From Treponemataceae bacterium (GTDB lineage: Bacteria; Spirochaetota; Spirochaetia; Treponematales; Rectinemataceae), in assembly GCA_963678065.2 (NCBI GenBank), contig CAXXVZ010000003.1:1280001-1344000 (forward strand): 64,000 nt of DNA. The letters are read 5' to 3'. This document shows, piece by piece, positions 55,917 to 64,000 of the stretch; position 1 is the stretch's first letter; the number at the start of each line of letters is the position of its first letter. The position numbers were made by a program, and so were the translations under genes. The notes beneath the pieces were generated by a model. That model did no database searches. It saw nothing but the letters and a program-made list of their open reading frames with translations, and was not told where the DNA came from.

Positions 55917-56435
55917 ATGATACTGACCCACGACGAAATTCTGAAGGAAATAGCTGCCGACCGCATCGGCATCGATCCTTACGATCCTGGCGCCGTGGGG
56001 CCGGCCTCCATCGATCTCAGGCTCGGCACCGAAATCCGCATCTTCTCGCCCATGCCGACCGTCATGCCCATCACGGCGGGTTCGGATTACCGCGATATCA
56101 CCTACAAGCTGGAACTCGCCGAATCCGGCTACATCATAAAGCCGAACGAGCTCGTCCTCGGCATCACGCTCGAGCGCATAACCCTGCCCGCCGACATCGC
56201 GGGCTGGCTCAGCTCGCGTTCGCGCTTCGCCAGGCTCGGGCTCATGGTCCACATCTCGGCGCCCTTCATGCAGCCGGGCATCTCGAACCAGCAGGTCCTC
56301 GAGATACTCAACACGGGGCCGAACTACCTCAAGCTCATCCCGAACGAGCGCATATGCCAGTTCGTGTTCGAGCGCTGCGAGGGAGAGGCTGTCTACGAGG
56401 GACAGTATTCGACCCAGCACCAGGGCAGGTGGTGA
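55917..56435 (+). CDS. dcd: dCTP deaminase
   Basis: PASIDLRLG, TLERI.LP, RSRFARLG, LEI.N, RICQ and YEGQY..Q motifs; AGGAGG RBS. Confidence 0.88.
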   Translation: MILTHDEILKEIAADRIGIDPYDPGAVGPASIDLRLGTEIRIFSPMPTVMPITAGSDYRDITYKLELAESGYIIKPNELVLGITLERITLPADIAGWLSSRSRFARLGLMVHISAPFMQPGISNQQVLEILNTGPNYLKLIPNERICQFVFERCEGEAVYEGQYSTQHQGRW

Positions 56436-56450
56436 TTCTCAAGACGGGTT

Positions 56451-57059
56451 TCAGGCCTTCCGCATTCCCGAGGCGGCTCGCATGTTCGCGAGGTAATCCG
56501 AAGAGAGAATCGCCGCCGATGGGGCGAAATCGTCCCGCCCGAAATCCTCCGGCAGCGATTCGGGAACGAAGGCCGATAACAGGATCGAGGCAAGGAATGC
56601 CGCCGTCCGCGCGATGGCATCGAAGTCGCAGGGGAGCCCGAGGGAAAAGCAGACGCGGCCCGCTGTCTCTTTCACGAAGTTCCTGTACGAGACCAGGACC
56701 ACCTCAGGCGCGGGTCTTGTTCCCGATCCGAAAAAGTGGGCCTTCGTGACATTGGGAAAGCGGTGGCCGCCCTGGAGCAGGTAGAGAGCGAGGGCTTCGA
56801 TCCCCTGATCGATCTTTCCGGGCTCGACATCGAGGAAGGCTCTCATGTCCCCCACGGCATGTTCCCAGGTGGCGACGATGGCCGCCTCCATGAGGAACTC
56901 TTTTGTCCGGTAATGATAGTTGATCGCGGCGATGTTCACGCCGGCTTCCATCGCTATTGCCCGGACCGTCGCCTTGTCCACGCCGTCCCGTTCGATGATC
57001 TCGATGGCGGCGCGCAGGATTTTTTCCGGCGTTCCCTCGGCTTCTGCGTCATCGGGCAT
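56451..57059 (-). CDS. TetR family regulator
   Basis: ATVRAIA.EAGVNIAAINYHY.TKE HTH. Confidence 0.9.
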   Translation of the reverse strand: MPDDAEAEGTPEKILRAAIEIIERDGVDKATVRAIAMEAGVNIAAINYHYRTKEFLMEAAIVATWEHAVGDMRAFLDVEPGKIDQGIEALALYLLQGGHRFPNVTKAHFFGSGTRPAPEVVLVSYRNFVKETAGRVCFSLGLPCDFDAIARTAAFLASILLSAFVPESLPEDFGRDDFAPSAAILSSDYLANMRAASGMRKA

Positions 57060-58014
57060 GCGCGCCCTCCTTTTGTCCGAGCGCTCGCGCGACCATGGCC
57101 TCGCTCAGGGACCAGAGGCGGTCGGCGTCCGCGTGGTTTTGCGCGCGCAGCGATGGCGTCAGCTCAGCTCTGTCGCGCCAGTACAGACCGGTCTTCCCCT
57201 TGAGTGAGGCCTCGCCGGCGAGCCATGCCAGCGCCCCGGCGGGCTGTTCGGGGCTCGTCCCTCCCCTCCTGCGCAGGTTCCAGAACAGACTGCCGAGGGA
57301 GAAACCCTGCTTCGCGCCCATGTCGGTGTTGACGAGCCCAGGGTCGGCGGTGAACACAGTCAGATTCGAACCGGCGCCATGCAGCCGCGCGAGTCTGTCG
57401 GAGAACAGGACATTCGCCAGCTTTGACTGTTCGTAGGCGCGGATTCCGATATAGATGCCGCGCGCAGGCTCTCCGCGCAGGCTCCGCTCCAGCTCCGGCC
57501 AGCGAATCCTTCCATAATAGTGCGAACCCGAACTCACCGTGATCACCCGCGCGTCGGGGGAGAGCTCCAGAAGCGGCAGAAGTCCGAGCGTCAGGCAGAA
57601 GTGGGCGAGGTGGTTGACGGCGAACTGCGATTCGTAGCCCTCCTCGGTGCATGTTCTCCGGTCGGAATAGAGACCTGCGCAGTTGACAAGGATGTCGAGG
57701 CCCCGTGCAGTGGATCGGCCCGATCCACCGCCACCCGAGGCGACAAAGTTGTCCGCCCAGGATGCGACGGCGCTCAGGCTGGAAAGATCGAGAATCTCGT
57801 AGCGCGGTTCGGGCGCCCCCGAGTTGCGCGCCGCGGCGCTCACGCGTTCGAGGGCCCGGGCGGCCCGTGTCTTGTCCCGCCCCAGTCCCGTGACAGCCGC
57901 GCCTCGCGCCGCGAGGGCGCAGGCCGCGGCGAGGCCGATGCCCGAGGTGGCGCCGGTCACAAGACAGCATTTCCCCGCCAGGGATACGTCCTGACTGTTT
58001 TCAATCGCTTTCAT
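57049..58014 (-). CDS. SDR oxidoreductase (retinol dehydrogenase-like)
   Basis: TGATSGIG, FAVNHLAHF, YEQSKLAN and DPGLVNT motifs. Confidence 0.88.
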   Translation of the reverse strand: MKAIENSQDVSLAGKCCLVTGATSGIGLAAACALAARGAAVTGLGRDKTRAARALERVSAAARNSGAPEPRYEILDLSSLSAVASWADNFVASGGGGSGRSTARGLDILVNCAGLYSDRRTCTEEGYESQFAVNHLAHFCLTLGLLPLLELSPDARVITVSSGSHYYGRIRWPELERSLRGEPARGIYIGIRAYEQSKLANVLFSDRLARLHGAGSNLTVFTADPGLVNTDMGAKQGFSLGSLFWNLRRRGGTSPEQPAGALAWLAGEASLKGKTGLYWRDRAELTPSLRAQNHADADRLWSLSEAMVARALGQKEGAHAR

Positions 58015-58021
58015 CGTATCG

Positions 58022-58138
58022 ACGATACCGCGCCCATGTGATTTCGTCAACATCTGTTTCAAACATTATTTTAAAACATTTGATTGAACTCGATGTTATC
58101 GAGCGCTATGTTAAAACACATGTTTGAATCATACGTTT
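58022..58138. promoter_or_regulatory. Divergent promoter region with tandem putative TetR boxes
   Basis: Minus-strand TTGACG-17-TATCGT; five AAACA-N2-TGTTT-like boxes at 58048, 58061, 58074, 58114 and 58127. Confidence 0.6.
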
Positions 58139-58154
58139 TACCAAGGAGCACATC

Positions 58155-59045
58155 ATGCAAAACAGAAAGGCCTTCGCGGTCATAACGGGAGCGAGCCAGG
58201 GACTCGGAAGGGCCTTTGCGCGAGAGTGCGCTGCGCAGGGGAAGAACCTCATGCTCGCATCTCTCCCGGGCACCGGACTGCCGGAACTCGCGGCGGAGCT
58301 CCGCGCACAGGGGAGCGAGGTGCTGTACCGAGAGTGCGACCTCTCCCTCATAGAGGGACAGGAAAGCCTCATCGGCATGGTGACGGGGGCGGAAAAAACC
58401 GTCGACCTTCTCGTGAACAATGTCGGAGCGGGCCAGAACGGACTCTTCGATCTCTTGCCCTGGGAAGGCCAGCGCAGGTCCGTCGAACTCAACATCCAGT
58501 CCACCATGGCAGTGACATACGGACTCATACCGCAGCTGAAAAAGGCGGGCGCGGCCCGCATAATCACGGTGGCGAGCCTCGCGGCCTTCTACCCGATGCC
58601 TCTGTTCGCCGTCTACGCATCGACAAAATCCTTCCTTCTGCACTGGAGCCTCGCCCTCAGGCACGAACTCGCGGCCCTGGGCATCGGGGTCACAGTCCTC
58701 ACGCCAGGAGGCATGTACACGAGCGAAGAGATACGGCGAAAAGTCCACTCCCAGGGCTTCGCGGGGCGGCTGTCCACCATGGAACCCGAAACCGTCGCCT
58801 GGCTGGCCCTGAAGGGCGCGCGCAGGAACAAGGCTGTGGTCATCCCGGGGATGTTCAACAAGGTTCTGTGGTTCGCAGGCAGTCACGCGCCCAAGAGTCT
58901 CGTCGCCGGTTTCATCCGCCTGCGCTGGGAAAAGGCTCTCGCGCGCTTTGCCGAGGATGGCCAGGCCGGGGAGGAAGGCGCCGCATTGTGGAGGAATGCC
59001 ACCCCGACAGGATCATCTTCAGGCCGTCGGGTGGCATCATCGTGA
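58155..59045 (+). CDS. SDR oxidoreductase (DltE-like)
   Basis: TGASQGLG, NNVG and YASTK motifs; AAGGAG RBS. Confidence 0.88.
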   Translation: MQNRKAFAVITGASQGLGRAFARECAAQGKNLMLASLPGTGLPELAAELRAQGSEVLYRECDLSLIEGQESLIGMVTGAEKTVDLLVNNVGAGQNGLFDLLPWEGQRRSVELNIQSTMAVTYGLIPQLKKAGAARIITVASLAAFYPMPLFAVYASTKSFLLHWSLALRHELAALGIGVTVLTPGGMYTSEEIRRKVHSQGFAGRLSTMEPETVAWLALKGARRNKAVVIPGMFNKVLWFAGSHAPKSLVAGFIRLRWEKALARFAEDGQAGEEGAALWRNATPTGSSSGRRVASS

Positions 59046-59081
59046 GGAAAGGGCGCGATGACGGGGGTCTTCGATAAGCCC

Positions 59082-59885
59082 TTACAGAGCGCGGGAAGTT
59101 CTCGACTCGGCTTCGCAGCGCGCCGCGATGATGGCGATGCCGTCGAGCACGAGCGTGGGCACGAAGCGGACATGGCCGCAGGCTGCGAGGACGCTCCGGC
59201 CGAGCTCATCGCCGGTGCCGACGACCTCTAAAGTCCCGCTACCGGGCTCGAGCTCTGCCCTCATCCGTTCAAGGATTCGTCCGACCATTCCCTCGTAGCC
59301 GATCAGGATTCCGGACTGGATGGACTGCACCGTCGTGCGCCCTATGACTCTCGCGGGGCATTCCACGTTGACGAGGGGCAGCTGGGCCGTCGACTTCCGG
59401 AGGGCGTAGACCGAGGCTTCGATGCCGGGAGCGATGACCACACCCTCGAACTCGCCGCGGGAATTGATCGCGGAAAACGTGAGGGCGACGCCCGAATCGA
59501 TGACGATGCAGGCGCCCGCGCAGAGTTCCCTGGCGGCGACGGCCGCGCAGACAAGGTCGGCACCGACTTCGGAGGGCAGGTCGGTGCGGATCTTGAGCCC
59601 TGTCCTGACTCCCGGACCTATTATGCGGGAATCGAATCCGAAGGCCGTCTTGACAGCCTCGGCGATGACGGGTGTGAGGCTGGGCACGACACTCGAAATC
59701 CACGCGCATCCGAGATCGATTCCGTCGAACTGCATGAGTTCATCTGCCGCCGCGGACATGAACATGGCGTACTCGTCCGCCGTTCTCGTCGCCGATGCCC
59801 CGAATCTCTTCACGAGAATCCATGTACCGCCTTCTCTCAAGCCCATAGTCACAAGATTGTTGCGGACATCGACGGCGAGGATCAT
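59082..59885 (-). CDS. coaX: Type III pantothenate kinase
   Basis: LAVDV.N, ISSVVP, EVGAD, I.PG, T..SIQSG and GTG motifs. Confidence 0.88.
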   Translation of the reverse strand: MILAVDVRNNLVTMGLREGGTWILVKRFGASATRTADEYAMFMSAAADELMQFDGIDLGCAWISSVVPSLTPVIAEAVKTAFGFDSRIIGPGVRTGLKIRTDLPSEVGADLVCAAVAARELCAGACIVIDSGVALTFSAINSRGEFEGVVIAPGIEASVYALRKSTAQLPLVNVECPARVIGRTTVQSIQSGILIGYEGMVGRILERMRAELEPGSGTLEVVGTGDELGRSVLAACGHVRFVPTLVLDGIAIIAARCEAESRTSRAL

Positions 59886-59887
59886 GA

Positions 59888-60556
59888 TTATTTCCCCTCC
59901 TCGTCCGCGAGACGGGCCTTGCGCGATCCGCTTTCGATGCCCATCCAGGCCGCGACGACGGCGGAAGTGAGTATGGCGGCGAGCACAGCCTCGACGAGGC
60001 TGTTGGCCACGAAAACCGAACCCGCGACCGCTATCGGCACTGCCTTGTAGAGGACGAGCGACCCGAGCACCAGGATGGAGTTGGTCAGCGAGCCGGCCAG
60101 CCCCGCCGCGGCCGCGCCGGCGAGCTTGAACTTACCCCGGAACAGGCTGAAGACGGCCCAGGCGGCGAGGCCGACGAGTATCCTCGGCAGCACGGAGACG
60201 AGGGGGTTCACGAAGAACACGTCGATGGGTCCCTGGGGTGAGGTGGCCGCGCGGACGAGACTCGTGAGGCCGAAAATCGCTCCGACGATGGCTCCGACGA
60301 ATGGCCCCTCGAGCACGCCGCCGATGATGGCAGGGACGTGCATGACCGTGAGGGATGCCCCGGCGAGCCAGGGAATGTAGCCTGCCGGCGTGAACATGAG
60401 GGCGACCGATACCGCCCCGAGCGCTCCCGCTATGATGGTTTTGCGCAAGCCGGAAGAGCTCTGGCCCGAGGATGCGCGCGGCTTCGCGGAGGGATCGGAT
60501 GCCGATCCCGTCCCTGATTTTCCCGCCCCGCGGGACTCCGAAGAAAAATCTGACAT
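59888..60556 (-). CDS. ECF S component, PanT-like
   Basis: TP.GYIP, TVMHVP.IIG, EGP..G and NP.VSVLPRI motifs; next to coaX. Confidence 0.82.
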   Translation of the reverse strand: MSDFSSESRGAGKSGTGSASDPSAKPRASSGQSSSGLRKTIIAGALGAVSVALMFTPAGYIPWLAGASLTVMHVPAIIGGVLEGPFVGAIVGAIFGLTSLVRAATSPQGPIDVFFVNPLVSVLPRILVGLAAWAVFSLFRGKFKLAGAAAAGLAGSLTNSILVLGSLVLYKAVPIAVAGSVFVANSLVEAVLAAILTSAVVAAWMGIESGSRKARLADEEGK

Positions 60557-60600
60557 AAAAACCTCCCGTCCGGTATCGGCCTTGCGGTCCAATCCGGACT

Positions 60601-61434
60601 TCAGAAGACGTATATATCGAGCGCGAGGGCCAGGACCACGGTGGCGACGAGGCCCGCGCGCGCGACATTCTCTCCGGGAACCATGCGGTATCCCTTGTAT
60701 CTCGATCTCCCGGTTTCAGTGTAGCAGCGGGCTTCCATGGCCTGCGCGAGGCTCTGGGCCCTTTCCAGCGCGCGGACCGTCACCGGCACGAAAAGCGGCA
60801 GGTATGCCCTGGCCTTCGCGATTATGCCCCCCCGCCCCGCCCCGAAATCGGCGCCGCGGGAAGACTGCGCCTTCACGATGTCCTCGATCTCGCCCGCGAT
60901 GATCGGGATGAAGCGGAAAGCCGTCGTGGCCGCGAGGGCAATCCGCTGTGGATGCAGCCCGATACATGAGAAAGGCGCGAGCGAGTCCTCGATCCCGTGG
61001 GCGATTTCCGATTCGGGCGTGACCGATGTGAAGAGCCCTATCACCAGTATGAGGGCGCTTGAACGGACGATGACGAGGGCGGCGGTCCACAGCTCGCGCG
61101 CAGTGACGTCCACGATCCAGAGTCGGAGAAGGACGGCGGAATTGTCTCCCGGCCACGCGAAGACGAGCTGGAGGAGGGCCGCCACGCCGAAGAGAGGCAT
61201 GGCAGGCAGGATTCCCCGCAGAAGGAAGAGGGGGGGAATGCGCGCCGCGACGCCGATCCCGAGAACAAGGAGGAAAAGGAAAACGAGACCGGGCATGCCG
61301 GGAGCCGCGAGGGCGAGAGCGAAAAGGAGAAAGAGTCCCAGATATTTTGTCGCGGGCGTGAAGGCGTGCACAGGAGAGTGTGTGTCGATGAATTGTCCTA
61401 TCGACATGTTTCTGAAAAACTCAAGGCCAGGCAT
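60601..61434 (-). CDS. ECF transmembrane component T
   Basis: IGQF...S.VH, RFIP, AQSSRG and LA.AMEARCY motifs. Confidence 0.88.
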   Translation of the reverse strand: MPGLEFFRNMSIGQFIDTHSPVHAFTPATKYLGLFLLFALALAAPGMPGLVFLFLLVLGIGVAARIPPLFLLRGILPAMPLFGVAALLQLVFAWPGDNSAVLLRLWIVDVTARELWTAALVIVRSSALILVIGLFTSVTPESEIAHGIEDSLAPFSCIGLHPQRIALAATTAFRFIPIIAGEIEDIVKAQSSRGADFGAGRGGIIAKARAYLPLFVPVTVRALERAQSLAQAMEARCYTETGRSRYKGYRMVPGENVARAGLVATVVLALALDIYVF

Positions 61435-63295
61435 CGGAGCCTCCCCGGGCATCGTTCCGCCCGTCCCGGCCGGCGAGTTCGGCCGCAAGGCCATCGATAT
61501 CGAGGGGCAGGCTGCCGTCCGCCCGCGCGAGGCCAAGCCCCTGCGCGACCTCGGCGGCGAATGGCCTCGCGATCCCCCAGTCCGGATCGTAGAGCTCACC
61601 GAAAATCCGCTCAGGCCTGTCGAAAGCGACGAGGTGGCCGTCTGCGAACACTCCCACGAGAGTGGCCATCGCGGCCTCTTCCATCGAATGCGTTATCATG
61701 ACGAGGCTCCGCGTGCCATGAGTCCCGGCGCCGGGACTCTGCCCGTCGGGCTTCTGCCCCCCTCCGGCCGAAGTCGCGATGAGGCCCATGACGGAGCGCC
61801 GCGTGACAGGATCGAGCGCCGAGCCGGGCTCGTCGAGCAGGATCGCCTCGCTCTCCATCGCGAAGACTCCGGCGAGCGCGAGCCTCCGCTTCTCTCCTCC
61901 CGAAAGCGATCGGGTCGGCCTGTCGCGGAATGCCTCGAAGGGAAGGCCAAAGGTATCCATCCATGAGGAAACCCGGGTCACGAGTTCTTTCCCGGTGAGG
62001 CCGAGATTCCGCGGCCCGAACGCGACATCGTCGCCGGAATGGAACTCGAAGAGGGCAGTCTCCGGTCTCTGGATGGCCATGGGAGCCCGCAGCCGGAGCG
62101 CGCGGATCGGATTGTCACCGGAGGCCCTGTTCCGTCGCCTGAAAATGCCCAAAACCCGCCCGCCCTCGCCGCTTCCCGGCGCCGCGATTCCCGTCCGGGT
62201 GTCGAGCCCGAAGGCGCTCACCTTGCCCGAATCGGGCCTGCTGAGGGCGTTCATGAGCGAAAGGACACTCGATTTGCCCGATCCCGTCCTCCCCACGAAG
62301 GCGACGAGGCCACCCCGGGGAATCGAGAAGCTCACTGTGTCGACGGCGAGCTTTTCGTTGAGGGTCCCCTTGAGCCACGAGAAGGAGACCGAATCGAAGC
62401 TGAACGCGGGTTCACCGGAAGGGCCCGGGGTGGCGGTTCCGGAGGCCGAGCTCTTCCTCTCCCCTTCGCGGGGGAAAAGCGGCACGAGCCCAGCCTTCAG
62501 TATGCGCCGGACGAGACTGGCTGCGGATTCGCCCGCGACGGGCGCGAGTCCGAGGGTCGAGGCAAGCCGGACCTCAGGCGGGAACTCGAGCCCGAAGGCG
62601 TCCGGGTCCTTCGTCGCGAAAAAGTCGGAAGGCGCACCGTCGTAGACGAGCTCTCCGGACTTGAGGACGACGAGGCGCTGGGCACGCGCGGCCTCGCCCA
62701 TATCGTGGGTCACGTGGATTATGGATATTCCCTCCGAGACGAGTCTGTCCATTATCGCGAGAACTTCGGCTCTCGCTCCGGGGTCGAGCATGGCCGTGGC
62801 CTCGTCGAAGGCGATGCACGAAGGCCGCATGGCCAGGGCTCCCGCGATGGCGAGTCTCTGCTGCTGGCCCGCGGAGAGGAAGCGCGTAGGCTTGAGCCGC
62901 TCCTTGGCGAGTCCCACCGCGGCGAGGCTCGACTCGATCCGGGGCTCCATCTCTTCCGGCGAAAGCCCGAGGTTTTCGCAGCCGAAAGCCACGTCGTCCT
63001 CCACGACCGAGGACACGATCTGGTCCGCGGGAGACTGGAACACGAGGGCGATCCGGGATCGCACGGAGAGATCGGATGCCTGGCCCGCGATGCTTTCCCC
63101 GTCGACGAGTACGCTTCCCGAGTCAGGCCTGAGGAGGCCCGCCATGAGTCTGAGCAAGGTGCTCTTGCCAGAGCCGTTGGAGCCCGCGATTGCGAGGTAT
63201 TCTCCTCTCGCGACGGAGAGGTTGATGTTTCTGAGCGCATTCCCGGTTCCGGTTCCGTAGGCGAAGCCGACCGAATTCAACTCGAGAAATGTCAT
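61421..63295 (-). CDS. ECF transporter ATPase (fused A-A')
   Basis: Two NBDs: GSNGSGKS / LSAGQQQR / DEAT and GRTGSGKS / LSGGEKRR / DEP. Confidence 0.9.
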   Translation of the reverse strand: MTFLELNSVGFAYGTGTGNALRNINLSVARGEYLAIAGSNGSGKSTLLRLMAGLLRPDSGSVLVDGESIAGQASDLSVRSRIALVFQSPADQIVSSVVEDDVAFGCENLGLSPEEMEPRIESSLAAVGLAKERLKPTRFLSAGQQQRLAIAGALAMRPSCIAFDEATAMLDPGARAEVLAIMDRLVSEGISIIHVTHDMGEAARAQRLVVLKSGELVYDGAPSDFFATKDPDAFGLEFPPEVRLASTLGLAPVAGESAASLVRRILKAGLVPLFPREGERKSSASGTATPGPSGEPAFSFDSVSFSWLKGTLNEKLAVDTVSFSIPRGGLVAFVGRTGSGKSSVLSLMNALSRPDSGKVSAFGLDTRTGIAAPGSGEGGRVLGIFRRRNRASGDNPIRALRLRAPMAIQRPETALFEFHSGDDVAFGPRNLGLTGKELVTRVSSWMDTFGLPFEAFRDRPTRSLSGGEKRRLALAGVFAMESEAILLDEPGSALDPVTRRSVMGLIATSAGGGQKPDGQSPGAGTHGTRSLVMITHSMEEAAMATLVGVFADGHLVAFDRPERIFGELYDPDWGIARPFAAEVAQGLGLARADGSLPLDIDGLAAELAGRDGRNDARGGSDAWP

Positions 63296-63509
63296 GAGTG
63301 CCCGTCTTGTCGAGACGGGTCGACGATTCCGTTCATATTTTTACTCCGCGTCCCGGCGACGATGCGTCCAGGCGCACTCATAATCTAGACAATTTCCGCG
63401 GATCTGTAAAGTGCGACGATGCCATGGCAATGTCGTGGCGATGCGAAGCGATGTCGGGTGCGCGCGGATTGACCGGTCCTCGGTTCCACGGCTACTTTTA
63501 GTGTAGATT

Positions 63510-64000
63510 ATGGAAACGACCGCCTGGATCGATGGAAATTTTCTCACACTGGATCCCTTCAAACCCCGCGCGAAGGCCCTCCTCGTGCGGGACGGAGTGA
63601 TCGCCTTCGCGGGAAGTTCCGCGGATACCCTCGCCCTCGCCGGCCGCGATGCGCGGATTCGAAAGCTCGGCGGAAAAACCGTCGTCCCGGGATTCAACGA
63701 CAATCACGTCCACGCCGTTTTCATGGGGGACCACGCCCTCGCCCTCGATCTCGGAGGCTTGGATGCGCGCGCCATCGTCGAGCTGCTCAAAGAGCATTTT
63801 CCTTCACCCGAACCGGGAATCGTCCTTCGAGCCTTCAACTGGGATTACCCGGCCTGCCCGGAGCCGCGCAAGGAAGTCCTCGACAGAGCTTTCCCGCGCA
63901 ACCCCGTCGTCCTGGGTCAATTCTCCGGCCACGCCCAGTGGCTCAACTCCGCGGCCCTGCGGGTCCTCGGAATAGCGAAGGGCAGTCCCGATCCCGCGCA
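63510..64000 (+). CDS. Amidohydrolase 3 (YtcJ-like), runs off the window edge
   Basis: METTAWIDGNFLTLD...LGGKTVVPGFNDNHVH...GHAQWLNS.AL. Confidence 0.85.
   Translation, partial: METTAWIDGNFLTLDPFKPRAKALLVRDGVIAFAGSSADTLALAGRDARIRKLGGKTVVPGFNDNHVHAVFMGDHALALDLGGLDARAIVELLKEHFPSPEPGIVLRAFNWDYPACPEPRKEVLDRAFPRNPVVLGQFSGHAQWLNSAALRVLGIAKGSPDPA

Noticed and set aside
59082..63295. ECF-panT-coaX operon as a novelty
   Set aside because: This is a well-known pantothenate uptake and phosphorylation arrangement.
1..64000. CRISPR array, rRNA or recognisable riboswitch
   Set aside because: No repeat-spacer periodicity or conserved RNA motif was seen by eye; an Rfam scan would be needed to exclude riboswitches.

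Overview
This is GC-rich bacterial DNA, probably from a spirochaete (inferred from the ParC/ParE type, BMP-family transport and a tRNA without encoded CCA). It has three parts. (1) 1-25.7 kb is catabolic and transport genes. It holds a sugar ABC system and a purine-nucleoside cluster: class II aldolase, atypical split transketolase, RuBisCO-like protein with a KDDH motif, SorC/DeoR regulator, MtnA, BMP nucleoside ABC transporter, PNP and an MtaD-like deaminase. A GntR-controlled sugar ABC/FGGY-kinase operon here also contains an orphan TrpA-like gene. (2) About 25.8-49.3 kb is accessory DNA ending at tRNA-Asn: TetR-fabF, RNHCP-rsgA, a start-less hipB with intact hipA, and nested IS1380/IS256/IS5 debris. 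A six-gene Druantia-like defence locus follows (GHKL ATPase, DruA-like, two unknown genes, PIN-like, DruE-like helicase), then IS3 and integrase remnants. (3) 49.4-64 kb is housekeeping: parC, parE, a GAPOR-like AOR-family enzyme, dcd, SDR/TetR genes, coaX with a pantothenate ECF transporter, and an amidohydrolase. The best candidates for undescribed systems are the RLP + transketolase nucleoside pathway, the TrpA-like sugar operon and the GHKL/PIN Druantia variant. All calls come from motif recognition by eye; no database search was run.
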